From Felis catus (taxonomy: Eukaryota), in the NCBI RefSeq assembly GCF_018350175.1, contig NC_058376.1:157604001-157668000 (forward strand): 64,000 bases of DNA, written 5' to 3'. Each line of letters starts with the position of its first letter. Position 1 is the first letter of the stretch. Below the pieces are notes generated by a model that saw only the letters and a program-made list of their open reading frames with translations, was not told the origin of the DNA and made no database searches. Shown piece by piece: positions 11,098 through 23,344 of the stretch. The position numbers and the translations under genes were made by a program.

Positions 11098-12039
11098 AAA
11101 AATTAACAAAATATTAATTTACTGAATTATTACTCGTAAAAATTGCATGCATTTGTGCTTTCCTGACATTGTACTAGGCACCAGTACAATGGAAGTTTGC
11201 AGTTTATGGAATAATCTATTTCTAAGAATTCCATCTCATTAAAATTTAAGATAGTTTAAAATGTATTCACAAGAAGCACAAAATAAGATTAACTGTGCAT
11301 AAAAGTGTGGTTTTGAATTCATTTAAAACAAGTCACACTTTCCCAGGCATTTAAATAAGTCTGATAAGGTCCCATAGGAGGTGAGAGAAGGGGATGGAAG
11401 CAAGTCATGTTGGTGGCAGAGGCAAAAATGGAGTCAAGAATTGTTACTCGCTTCCAAAGATAGTCACCTAGGGGATTTGGAAAAACCTGAACCAGAAAAA
11501 GTCAATCTACTGTATTAAATATTTCTTCACAGACTCTCAGGGCATAGCTTTATTCAGAGGGAACTACCATAAATACAGCATTAGCTTCTTCACAAAGGGA
11601 ATTTGTTCATATATTCTTGGAACATTTGGAAAGTTTTTAGTTATTGCTTTGTCTAAAAGTAAACAGACACTGTGTGAGTTAAAAACAAAAAACAAAAAAC
11701 AAAAAAACCTTTCCCAAATCTCTTTTCTATTGAAGGCAATTGGCTGTGAATTTTCCCTTCTCTGAAACCCCAAACAACGTATTAACATCACCTGTCCCAA
11801 CCACCTCTCCACCTTCAACTTGCCACTCTTCCCCTCATTCTATGCACAGGCTGGCCCCAGTGCCTTTGCACATGCCTAGAAAGTTCTCACTCTCCTGGAC
11901 ACCTCTCATTGTTTGGATAACTCTTTGTAATCTTATATTTCAACCTAAATGTCTCAAAGAGGCTTCCCATGGTCATCCAATTTAATAACACTATCTGCTT
12001 AATTCCCCCTCACAAGTCTGTTCTTTCTCCTCCAGAGAA

Positions 12040-13138
12040 TGTGTGCTGGTGCCTCCTGGCTTGTGTGCTCTCAAATCTATCTCCCTGTTCTTAACCAGCT
12101 CACTCTATACCTCTGGGGGACTGACTGACTCCTGTGGAGTCATTTACTAGACTACCTTACTTCCTGAATTCTGTAGAGCCTCAGCTGTTGGGAGGTATTG
12201 ACGAATGTCACAAAAGCAAGAAGAAGGGACAAGGTAGGGTTTTCTCCCTTCTCTTTTGTCTTTTATTTTACCTGCACAAAAGCTGAGGTTCCCCTACATC
12301 TTCCATTCGTACTAGACATCTATTCATTCCATGGTCCCAATTCTCTTCGGACAGTTTCTATTTTGGTTCCTAGCTCTCAGATGGTCCCAGGTCCTGGACT
12401 CTGATAACATCACCTCCTCTCATTGTCCCTTTGTTGAGAGGCTTCCTGCTGCTAATAATCTCGGAGTTCCTCCACTATCCCAGACTTCTTGGCATTCCCA
12501 CTGATGAAGTTTTGGGGTGATGGTGGGGTTCTTGGGGTTTGGAGGTGACAGCCAAGAAAGAATTCTTGAAGACATCTTGGGTGCAAAAAGGTGATTTTAT
12601 TAAAGCATAGGGATAGGACCTGGGGGCAGAAAGAGCTGCACTATGAGTGTGTGTGGGGGGGGGTGGGGGGGTGGGGGGTGACTGTTTTGTGGAGTCAGGG
12701 GAGATTAAGTCAAGGGGGAGTTCCTAAAGGGATTTTAATATACTAAAGACTCAGATTACTGGGGGTCTAGCTATTGTCAAGCTAACGTTGTTTTTCCCTC
12801 TAGCAAAACATTAACATTAAGACAGTAGGGAGTTCCTGGACTTTAGGCTGTGGATGGGATTGCCTTTTTCTTGTGGAGACTCTTATTAGTTTACCCATTT
12901 GTTTTTTTGTCCTTTCCCATTTTGGGGTAGCTGGGAGTATCCAAGGAATATCATACATATCCAACTTGGTGGGGGGAGAGGGGGTGGGGGAGCGCGCTAG
13001 CTTGTACTTTGCCCTCAGCCTGACTTATGCTCCCTCATCACCATCACTCATGTAAGTAACAAATCCCCTGCATTCAATTCTCTCTGCTCTATATATGCAG
13101 AATAGTTCTGTCTCTCTGGTTGGACCCTGACTGATCTA
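12040..13138 (+). mobile_element. Old ERVL LTR (LTR33-like) interrupted by a younger solo LTR
   Basis: 3' end AAATCCCCTGCATTCAATTCTCTCTG..TTCTGTCTCTCTGGTTGGACCCTGACTGAT is typical of this LTR class. Confidence 0.55.
12502..13040 (-). mobile_element. Solo LTR, ERV1-type, probably carnivore-specific
   Basis: TGATG...CATCA termini; 4-bp TSD CCAC/CCAT (one mismatch); polyA signal on the - strand (TTTATT ~12596); homologous to 22763-23344. Confidence 0.85.
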
Positions 13139-13433
13139 GCACATATCTCAAATTGTAGATATGAATTTATCACCTGCAGTGTCTTTTAATCTAATGTCTG
13201 AAAACCTCCCTCTCCCCCTTCCACACACTCCACGATAAAAGAACATCTCTTTTCTTCAGTACTGAATCTTTAACACCCAGAACAGTGCTCGGCTTTCGGT
13301 AGTTGCCCAATTAATATTTGTAAAATAACGCTTGAAAGGGAAGGTGGCAGTGATGAGATCAAATTTACCTTCAATCCCGGGTGACCCAGGTATCTTCCTA
13401 CCTCAGCTCAAATTCTATAGACTGTCAAAGAGC

Positions 13434-13496
13434 AAACCATAGTGAGCTGTCCTTCATGGTTATGCAAAGAAAAAGTTTTACTGTGGGGAAACCAGA
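13434..13496. repeat. Dispersed direct repeat, copy A (63 bp)
   Basis: Differs from 16443-16508 by 5 transitions and one 3-nt indel. Confidence 0.95.
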
Positions 13497-14427
13497 ATGC
13501 TAAGCCTTGCTGCTATTATTGTTTTCTCCTTTCTTTTTCTTTCTTCTTTTTTTTTTTTATTTCAAATTCCACTTTAGTGGAGAGAAAACTTTCTCATTTC
13601 CCATTTCAGCTCACTGAATTATTCATCAAAAATGTTCCGCCGGTATTTCCTCCTCTGTCAGAGTTCTGCAGTTCCAGAAACACTCTGCCCTGGAGTTGCA
13701 ATCAAAGCAATTAGCAGCCCCTTATGGGACCCACCCTGTCCGTGCCCTCAGGTTCCCAGCCTGGGGCTGCAAGGATGCGAGCCAGCCCGACCCTGACTCC
13801 GATTTTTCTGCTGGGGTGGGGCCAGCCCAAGCTTGGAACCGCGCTGAACCCCTGCTGGGTTCCCCTCCCCCACCCGCTGGATGAACTGACAAGTAACTAT
13901 TGCACTAAGAGCTCAAGAGCTCTGCTCGCACCACCCCTGTCCGACTGGCTGATTCCTGTGCACCTCGCTTTCCTTGGCTCTACGGTGGGAAGGACAGCCC
14001 TCTCCTGCCTGCCTCGCATGTCCTTGTGGTTCTCTGGGGCCCATCTTCGCCTCAAGCAATGTCCACCGCTGGGATTCCAATGGGCTTTGCCAGTTGGTAG
14101 AAGTTCCTTCAGAAGTTAATTTGTCTCAAAGGACGATTTTTCTCTAGAAGGCGTTCCTGTTTTGTCCCAAGTTTTTCCCTGTTGCGCGACCTCTGCCTCC
14201 GGGAGAGAGGACGAATTCTGCGTTCCCCCTGTGGTCTCCCACTCACATCTGTTCTCAGACCCATCGTCGTCGCCTGGCATCTGTGTCCGGATGGAGCAGT
14301 GAAGGATGAGCGTCACCCAGCAGCTCTTTGCACAAAATAGGAGAGAGCATGCTCCTCATCGTCATGGATCTCCCTGGGCTCTGTCGCCTTGGGGACCCCG
14401 TGTGGTGGTGTCAGCCAGCGGACGACC

Positions 14428-14447
14428 GGGGGGGGGGGGGGGGGGGG
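14428..14447 (+). repeat. G20 homopolymer (G-quadruplex-capable)
   Basis: 20 consecutive G. Confidence 0.9.
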
Positions 14448-14503
14448 CGCGCGTCAAGCTACGCTGGGCCCCCGAGACTCATTTTCCGACGTGCCTGATA
14501 GGC

Positions 14504-14522
14504 TGACCACGAGGGGGCGCTC
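14504..14522 (+). promoter_or_regulatory. CTCF motif
   Basis: TGACCACGAGGGGGCGCTC matches the consensus TGGCCACCAGGGGGCGCTA at 16/19 positions, with the core CC..AGGGGGCGC intact. Confidence 0.75.
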
Positions 14523-16442
14523 GAGAGACTGCGAGGCCGGAGGAGGAAGCGGCTCCTCTCCCGCCGCCTTCTAATCCTGTGAGAGCACCTCCCCCGGCTT
14601 CTTGTCCCCGGCAGCGGCAGCCACTGAACACGTTGCATTTTTTCCAGTTGCCGTCCCGCAGAATTAGCTGCGTCGCCTGCTCCCTGGCCGGAGACACTCC
14701 ACAAGCTTCAGAGTCTGGGTCTCAGCCCCACGGGCGTCCTCTGAGCCCTCTCCAAGCTTTGCTGGGCCCCCCTCTGCCAGGCCCCCTCTCCAAGCTTCTC
14801 CGGGTTTCAACCATTCCCATCTCTTCCCTTAGTGCCCCCGGCCCGAGGGAAGGTGGCTGCTTTCTGTAGCTGCCACCTGTGATAACTTAGAGTAGCCCTC
14901 ACTTTCTCAATTTCAGTTAACACTTCTTGAATACAAGGTCATGTGCCAATTGCAGCCCGATAAAAATTATTATTGGGAAAAAATAAAGGTTTCTATCAAA
15001 TCATAAAAAATTCTTCCTCTTCAATTCTCTCTGTTCAAATACCTGGGGCTTTATGTCTCCTGACTGGGACAGTTAGGGTCTCCTCGCAGTTCCCTAACTG
15101 ATCCAGAAATGGGAGCCAGGAAGGGAGGCAGGGATGGTGGGCATCGGGAGATGGGGACGCCGGGAGAGCCCGTGGTGCACAGCAGATGTGGGCTGGGGTG
15201 GCAGAGTTATTGCAGACTGCCAGTCCGCTGTGCATGAGCCCTGACTGAGACCCTTCTAGGGACTTTCAGAGGCAGGTGCATTTACCAGGTCCTCTGGGAA
15301 TCCGGGTCTTGGAAGCAGAACCCCAGCTTGGGAGCTGGGGTCAGAGGGCCAGTCGTCCTTGGCCAAAGGGGCTTTGTACCCATGAAGCCCTCCACACAGC
15401 AGTCTGTCTGAACAAGTGAGGAGCAGATGAATGAGTCCTCTGCTCCCTGGCCTGTGGAGAGAAGAGACTCTTTTCCTAAGGAAAAAAGACCCTGTCGCTG
15501 GTTGGACCAGTCTCCCCCACCATCCTCGACATATTGTATCCGCGTCCAGTCCCAGGATTGGGCAGGACAGATGGTCTGGGTGATCCACTGGAGACCAACC
15601 CCAAGCTCACGATTCCTTCAAGGTCAGGCTTAGGTGCCGCTGCATCCGGAGGGTTTCTGTTATAAAACCCACCTTATAATCATCTCTCCTGTTTCCTGAG
15701 TTTATAGTAGTGATGGTCAGCACCACTCACTGGGCCTTGGGGGGCAGTTGTGGGGGAATAGACACGTTCCCTGCCCTCAGTGGGGTGTCAGTGCTAACAC
15801 AAAGATAGAAAACTCAGCGGTGACTACCCGCATATCATCATCATCTGTCTACCTTATCTTTCTGTCTAAAGTAATGGTGCGTAGCAGGTGTTTGAGAGGT
15901 AATTACCGAGTGGATGGATGGATGGATGTCTCCCCTACGACAGACTCGCAGATGGAGCAAAGCCATCTAGTTCCGATTCTTCCTCGCACTCTTGATGCTG
16001 AGTGTACTGTCTGACGTGTGGTAGTCACTCATCCTTGGGTGAGTTTGTGACTTGAATACGACAACGAGGAAAGGTGTAGAGGAAGGGAAAGCTAGAACAT
16101 ATACATGATCAGAGACGTGAATCCCAAACCAGGGTGCTTTCCCTGCCTCCCCGTACCTGTGCCCGGTGCCTGCTGTTCCGTCCCGGAGCCGATTCCCTTG
16201 GTTCGGCACCACACTCTGGCCCAGCTTCACCAGAAGCTCTAACACCTAAGCAACTCTCCCCTGACGGGAGAAACCTCGGACGAGGAGAGTGCTGGGGCTC
16301 CCAAAGGTCAAAACACAGAGACAAGCCCTGGAGGGGACATGATGTTGATGAAGAAGACTGTCCACCTTGGGCCACCTCTGCCTGGCCAGGGCCCTGCCAC
16401 CTGGGGCTGATGTCCCTAACCTCCCAACAGCACTTGGAATGA

Positions 16443-16508
16443 AAACCATAGTGAGTTGTCCTTCATGGTTACGTAAAGAAAAGAAGGTTTTACTGTGGGG
16501 AGACCAGA
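16443..16508. repeat. Dispersed direct repeat, copy B (66 bp)
   Basis: See 13434-13496. Confidence 0.95.
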
Positions 16509-17664
16509 TGGGGAGACCACCTCTGTGGAGACGGGTGTTGATCCAGAAACCCAAGAGTTGCCCTGTACTGGCGGCTCCGGGTGGCTCTGCGGGCTTCCTG
16601 GGTGCAGCACTTCCGGGAGGCCGAGGCGAGCCTGCCAGACTGTTACTAGGGTTGTGCTCCTGGGATCACCACCTGTGGAGGGAGGAGCAGGAAGCAGGGC
16701 AGCGAGTGGGAGCACATTTCTGATGACTCCACTCCCGTGGGGCTCTGGAGTTGGGGTGGCCCTGAAGAATGTTCCACACTGAGGGGTGGAGTATGCTTGT
16801 GTTGCTCAGTGTGACTGTCCCGGATGTGACAGTCCCGGGCTAGAGGCAGGACCTGGGATGGGGCAGTCTTTCTCCTTGGAGGCATCTCCAAGAGGGCTGA
16901 CATCTGAGGGCATCTCCAAGTGGTACTTCTAGGGACATGTCTGAAGGGGAGTTTGGGGAGCACCTTGTGGAAATGCGCATTACGTTTCCTGAAGCCAGCC
17001 GAACCGTGCTCCCTGCTGTGTCCGCCCCAGGCCGGTGGGGAAGCCTCCCTTTCCTCTCCCTCCCCCAGGGAGGCCTCCCCCAGCCTCCTGGCCAATCTCC
17101 TTCCCACTGCCCTGCCCGCAGCCCTGCACTGCATTAGCAGCTGCCTGCTGCTGTCAGAGTCTCCGGGAAGAGAATCTGGCCGGAAAAGTGCGTGCGAATT
17201 ACTAAATCAATAAACACTGCTCACCTCTCCATTCGCTGCCTCTCTGCAGAGATCACCTCAGCTCTGCAGCTTTGTGCTTGAGTAGGAGAGAAGCAGAAAA
17301 TGCTTAGTGGGCACGACTCCCAGGCCAGGAGGGGGGGGGGGGCAGCCGTGCTCACCAGACCCCTCCTCCCCCTGTGATTTCCAGGTTTTAGCGTGACAAA
17401 CATAAGGACTAAGGAAGCGCAGGTCCTTCCTGCCCTGTGCTCAGGCTCACCTTCAAAACGTCAGCTCAACCCAGAGGTCACCTCCAAAGGCCGCCCCGGA
17501 ATCCGTGTGACCTCTCTTTCCCTCGCCAATTCAAGCAGAAGGAGGCAAACTTTCATTTGAGGCAGGAAGTTTCCCCGCTCACCCAAAACCGTGTTAAAAG
17601 AGGAAGAAAGCTATTTATCACACACAAATTCAAAATCAGAAGAGTCTGTTTATTTTAATGATTA

Positions 17665-17895
17665 ATACTAACAACAATTAAAACCGTTAGCGCTGATTGC
17701 CTATCCCATGCAGAGCATGGTTTTAAGTGCTCTGTAGAGATTAGCGCAACACAACTAAGTCTGTTATCACTATTGTTTCCGCCACCCTCCTTTTACAGAT
17801 GATAAAGCAATGGCACAGAGACGTTGAATAACCAGCCCCAGGTCACACGGCTAGAACGTGGAGGCTCGGGGAGTCGGCCCCAGGGCCCAGGATCC
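17665..17895 (-). mobile_element. MIR SINE
   Basis: TTTTACAGATGATAAAGCAATGGCACAGAGACGTTGAATAACCAGCCCCAGGTCACACGGCTAG. Confidence 0.8.
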
Positions 17896-20219
17896 AACAG
17901 GTGGGTTCCATTCAACACCCATTTGTGGCGGGATGCCCGTGTTCCTCCATCTTCCTTGCCCTCCATCCCCCCACTGCCCGGGGGCATCAGAGCACTTTGT
18001 ACTTCCTCCGCCGGGCTTCCTCCGGCGCGGGTGCGAGAGGACGCTGCCCCCAGACAGCCATTCCTCTCGCTGTTTGTGCTAGGCTGCATCGTGCTAGAGA
18101 CGTTAAAGCCCTGCTTTCTCATTGCTCACCTTGGTGAACGCTAAGACTTGGAGAACAAAAGGTGGAGGAGGGGTGTCCTTAAGTGTGGGGTTTCCGGTGG
18201 GTTTAGCCCTGCAGCTGGCATCTGCCTCTCTCTTTGCCAGAGGGCCGCCCTCGACACCCAGCTTTGCCGGTGCAGAGAGAGAGCTAGACGTGCCCCCCGG
18301 GCGACGGATGGGGTTTGAGTACCTTGTCTCAGATGGGCACACGCAGCCCTCTCTGCCCTCACACCCCTGCTGGGCTTCCTTCCCTTCCTGGCCCCATTTC
18401 CCCCTCCCCTCCTAGATTTTCCAGAGAACATCCGCTAATAAAGCTCGTTCACACAAATCCCCTTCTCCCCTGTGCTTCCAGGAAACCCTGCCTGGGACAC
18501 CACCTTCCAGGCTCCGGGCCAGAGAGGGAAGAGTCTTCTGAGGGCCATGAGAGCTGGGGCTTGGGGGAGGGGCAGCCAGGGCAAGCAGGGAGGTGGAGAA
18601 AGCCCCCCATCTCTCTTCTCCTGCACCAGGTTTGCTGCTGAGGGCAGGGGTCCAATTCTGCCACATTGCCCAAAGCAAGTCGCAGGGCCCATCCGGATCG
18701 AAGGGGTGGGGTAAACAGACTGCAGGGACAAGGGCAATGCTGGGCCGTGTTTCCAATCTATCACACCAGCCAGACCAACGTACCCTTGGAAAGCTCTCTG
18801 TTCCCCTGTTTTGAAATTGCTGAATTAGCCAGCGTAAGTTACCCAAGAACACCTGGCTAGTAAGTGGGATACTGGGAAATGGATGTCAAGCAATCGGATT
18901 CCATGGCCAGGGTTATGAACCCATCAGTCAGTTCTGTTTTCAGGGCCTAGAGTATGTAGCATGCAATAAATGTGTGGTGCTTTCAAATCTGCCACCACAG
19001 ATATGCAAGAAACATCTTATTTCTTCTCTAAGGACAAAATGAAACTAGACTTTGCACTCCTGTGGAGCTGAAGGGGAATTTGATTCCCTCCCACACAGGC
19101 ATTCTGGGAGGACCCTTCCGTCTTCGCTCATGCTGGTCCTTGCTGAGACGTCCAGTGAACAAGACTGCTGGGCTGCAGGGGCCAACTGGGGGCCTCCCAA
19201 CCTTGTGGGCGGGACGCCCCTCCCTGTACACCCCGAAGTGCTCCCTCCAGAGACCTGGGAGTCCCCCTCCTCATATCCCCACCAAGCCCTAGCCCCTTTC
19301 CAGGTTGTGGGCCGTCTCTCTCCTTGGCAAACATTTTGCAAGATAGGACCTAAAAGCAATGGAATTTACATATCTGACTTTGTAGGTACTCAATGTTATC
19401 TATCAGTTATGACATTTTTCTTCCCGGACTCGGAGGCCTTTGTTAAGCTATCTTAAGGGAGGGCCCATATTAACATGGCGAAGGGATACGGAACAGGTGC
19501 CCCTCAAAGCCATGCTAACAACTCTCGGTGTCCCTTCCCAGTGACCTGGAGAAAGGGGTGGCTAAGAAGAAACAGGTCTTCCTGCCCAATATGCATCCAT
19601 ATCATCCTTTTGCCTCCTGCTGTCTATGGAGAATGGCCCGGTAGATGATGCCCTTTGTGTATCAACAGGCTCTCCTTTTCAAACCAGCTCACGGTTCCAC
19701 CAACACAGGGGTGTCAGTTCTTCCAGAGTCTCCCATTCCTACCCAGAAATGTAACCAAATCCCACAAAGTCGAGGAGTGTCCCTAGAGGTCCCCTTGCTG
19801 TGCCATCTCGAATGCTGGGCCAGGGAGCCTCAGGTGTTTGAGAAGAGGCGCCGGGAGTCGTTTCGCCTTGTTTCGCCAACGGGGCGTCCATTGGGCTGGA
19901 GAGGGGAAGGGTCACCAGACAACTTTACTCAGGCCTCAGCGACCCCTCCTCCTGGTTCTGGAAGCAATATGGTCTCTGGCAGAGGTCTGTAACTTGAGCT
20001 AATGGCTGGCTAAGGATCTGTTCTCACATACCCTGTCTGTTCAGGTCGGTCTCCGTTACCTGCTAGACCCTGTGACAAAGAAGTGGGGGTGGCCCCACTG
20101 GGACACAGTGGGAGGAAGGGTGATAAACTGAGAAGCTAGGATGACCATGCACCTGTCTTGCACACCCATTTCTGCCTTGTCCCAGGTACCACCCACCGCT
20201 AGTTCACTAAGAGGAGGCA

Positions 20220-20646
20220 TTGTCTCTGTCGGCCATTCTCCATTTGCTACCCTACCTCCAGCTCTGTTCTTTGCCCTTCTTGGCCCTGTTCTGCTTCTTG
20301 GGAGGCTCCAGGTTTTCTTGCCCTCTGACTTCTAGCTGGATGTGGTCAGTGGGAGACCCTAGCAGGCGATGGGGTGTGAGGGAGCAGTTGGGGTGTTGCT
20401 CCCCTGCCTCTCTGTCTCCTCCAATGTCCCACGGGGCTCTGTTCACCTCCCCCAATTTTGGCCCCTGGGCCAACTTCCTGGGCCAAGAACAGCTTCCTGA
20501 GGTCCCTCTGAATCTCTGAATCCCTCAACATCCCTGTGTATTCCCCTAACCCTGATCACCCCTCAGGAATTATCCCCTTCATTGAAGTCTGTCCATTTGA
20601 ACTATCTGGGGTGAATTCTGTCTCCTGCCCAGCCCCAACTGATACG
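20220..20646 (+). mobile_element. ERVL LTR (LTR33-like)
   Basis: CTTGCCCTCTGACTTCTAGCTGG..TCCCCTTCATTGAAGTCT..TTCTGTCTCCTGCCCAGCCCCAACTGATAC. Confidence 0.6.
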
Positions 20647-22762
20647 ATCTGAGGCTCCTTCCTCTGAAGGGGAATCGGGCATCATCTGTCACGAGGGTCT
20701 GGGCCGCCTGCAGAAGCTGCACAAGGAGTTACAGTATCCTTTTCGCGCCATCAGACTCGCACTAACACTTGGCCTCCCCTGGACTCCTGAAGAAAACCGC
20801 GCCCCCTTCCCCATCACCTACAGCGGTCCAAATTGGGATGACTGAAAGTCGTCCCGGGGGCAAGAGCTCTGCTCCTTTCTGCTGACTGTGTGGCCTGGGA
20901 CCAGCCATACTTCCCTGTGAGTCTGTTTCTTTCCAAGTGGCTCTCACAGATGTAGTCCACAGGAGAGGTGACCTGAAGGCTTCTCAGGAGACAGTTCCAG
21001 GTGCCAAAGGGGAGGATTGGGTAGAAGCAGGCCAGACGGGCCCACAGAGGACAGACAGATTCCAAGGGCGGGCTAGTTGAGTCCTGAGCACGAGCTGAGT
21101 ACCCGATGGGTTCTGGGCATCTTGGCAGGAGTGAGTGAGGGGCCCTGAGAGCCCACGGTTCCGTATGGATTGACCCTGACCCCACCTCTGACAGCTGTTA
21201 GTCATGCCCTGAGACCAATGCTATGGCAGCTGCAGATACCATGTGCTTCATGGCTCAACGGAAGTGACACGAAAGGGTGACCTTCAAGCTGGGCCTTTTC
21301 ATGGGGCTAAGCTGGGATGGGCCTTTCAGGCAAAGGGACTGTGTTTGCCAAGCCCTCGGGTTGGGGGTGAAAAAGCACAACAAAGGTCATGCAGAGAGGC
21401 CGCAAGGTTGGTGTTGGGGGAGTAAGAAGAACAGCCTTGGGGTTATATGGTCTCTTAGGTTGGGTTCCCCCAAATCAAGCCCGAGACTTGGATCTTTAAG
21501 CGCACGATCAATTGAGGGGGTGCTGTCTGGAAAAGAGCGGCCAGGGAAGCAGGAAGAGTGGGGAAGGAGGGGAACCAGGACGTGGTCTCAACCAGGGTGT
21601 AGCGTGAGCCACATCCCACCAGGAGCTCTGGAGCACGAGGTAGTCTGGACTTGAGGTCAAGGTCCGTGAGCTGCAGGCGCCACTGGGCGGGCAAAACGCA
21701 CCCGGCCAGTTGATTCCTGCTCGGCCCAAGGCAATTCTCTGGGCGGCTGCACAGCAGCCACTCCCAGCAGCAAGGGCACGCTGCACTGGCGAGCAGGGGG
21801 GTCTGGGCTGCGCTTGGGCAGCCTTCACCTTCTGCCTGTCTCACAGGGTCCTCCCAGTTCCCTGTGGAGCCTTCCCAAGGGAACAGGGCTGGTCTGACCT
21901 TCCAGTCTGCAGGGGCCTGGGCTCCCGAGGCCCCTGTGAGCATTCCCGACGGTCAGAAGATGCTCTTCTCAGACTGGGGCTGTGGGAAGAGGTGAGTGTG
22001 GCCCACGGGGAGAAAAGCCAGGGAGAGATTATCCCTGACACACGGGCCAGCACAGGCCTCTTGAGGAGTAGGGAGGTCTGGTGTAGGCTGGTCGTAAGGG
22101 CACGCTGGCCACAGGGTTTCTGGGTGCCCTGGATCCCCCCGCCTACCCTGGTGGGGTTCTGGGCCACCCGTTCTCCCTCTGCCTTCTTGGGAAGTTGACG
22201 CTCCGTCGCATAAGGTAATGTGGTGGGGAAGGGGCACACAGCAGGGCTCAGAGTACATTTGGCCTCTTGATTACCTTGAGATCCCAAATGCTCAGGCCAG
22301 AATCAGCACAGTTCACCTGGAAAGAACCAGAAGGATCCTCTCCACCCCGACTCCCTGTCACTTTTACTCATCAGCTCCAGACATCAGCATCCCCCACTGG
22401 GTCCCCATGAGAATGTCCAGGCCAGTCAGGAGATGACTCACAGGAAAGAGCTACGGTCCTGGAGCTCACAGGGCTGCTGATGGTGCCCTTGTCCAAGCCA
22501 CTTTTCTTGTTTCCAGACTAGGTCCGACAGTCAGAGTGGGCCTTTGTGGAGCACTTGCCATGGTCCCAGTATTTTCTGCAAACGCTCAGGGATTCCACAT
22601 GTACCACGTTATAGGCCAGGAGACTTGGCCCCTGAGAAAGCCAGACCGTCCGACTAACGCGTGATGGTTCCGGGACTGGGACCCAAGTAGAGCTGTGGGT
22701 CACCGTGGGCTCCCGGCTCTGGTCGGAGCACTGAACTGAGTGTCATATTTAGAATGTCCTTA

Positions 22763-23344
22763 TGATGAGGTTTCGGGGGTGACAGTGGGGTTCATGGGGT
22801 CCGGAGCCGACGGCCAAGAAAGAGTTCTTGAAGACGTCTCTGGCGCAAAAAGCTGACTTTATTCGAGCCCGGGGACAGGACCTGGGGGCAGGAAGAGCTG
22901 CCGGGGACCCTGAGGAGAGTTGCAGGGGAGTGGGGAGAAGGTAAAGCCCAGAGAAAGTTTCCAGTGAGATTTTCATATACTGAAGAAGACTGGAAGGATA
23001 GTGGAGGCCTGGTTATTGTCAGGCTAAGGGTTGTTTTTCCCTCTGGCAAAGCCTGAGCATTATGACGGTAGGGAGTCCTGCCTGCCTCGAGTATTTGTCA
23101 ACGGGCCGCAGGTTACGAGGAAATTGGGTTCCAGCTGCCATTTCCTTCTGCCTTTGTTTCCCACACCGCTGTGGAGGGGTGATGGAGGCTTGGGTCCTGC
23201 AGGACTGCGATCTCTGTCGGTTAGCCGTTTGTTTTTCCCCTTTCCTTTGTTCTTGGGCAGCCAGGAGTGCCCGAGGAGTGCCACAGAGTCCCACGTGGGG
23301 CTGGGGGTGGGGGCGTCTGCAGCCCGCCTGACGCTCCCTCATCA
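22763..23344 (-). mobile_element. Solo LTR, ERV1-type, same family as 12502-13040
   Basis: TGATG...CATCA termini; perfect 4-bp TSD CTTA at 22759-22762 and 23345-23348. Confidence 0.9.

Larger units (their letters stand above)
14390..14850. promoter_or_regulatory. Small CpG island
   Basis: High GC and dense CpG by inspection; not recognisably repeat-derived. Confidence 0.75.

Noticed and set aside
13434-13462. Hairpin in the duplicated unit as an IRE, SECIS, histone stem-loop or REST site
   Set aside because: It lacks the CAGUGN loop, the SECIS spacing and the histone consensus, and has only a GGACAGC half of RE1 in one copy.
12502-23344. Two same-orientation related LTRs ~10.8 kb apart, resembling a full provirus
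   Set aside because: Each LTR has its own distinct TSD (CCAC/CCAT and CTTA), the two are substantially diverged, and no gag/pol/env or primer-binding site is visible between them.
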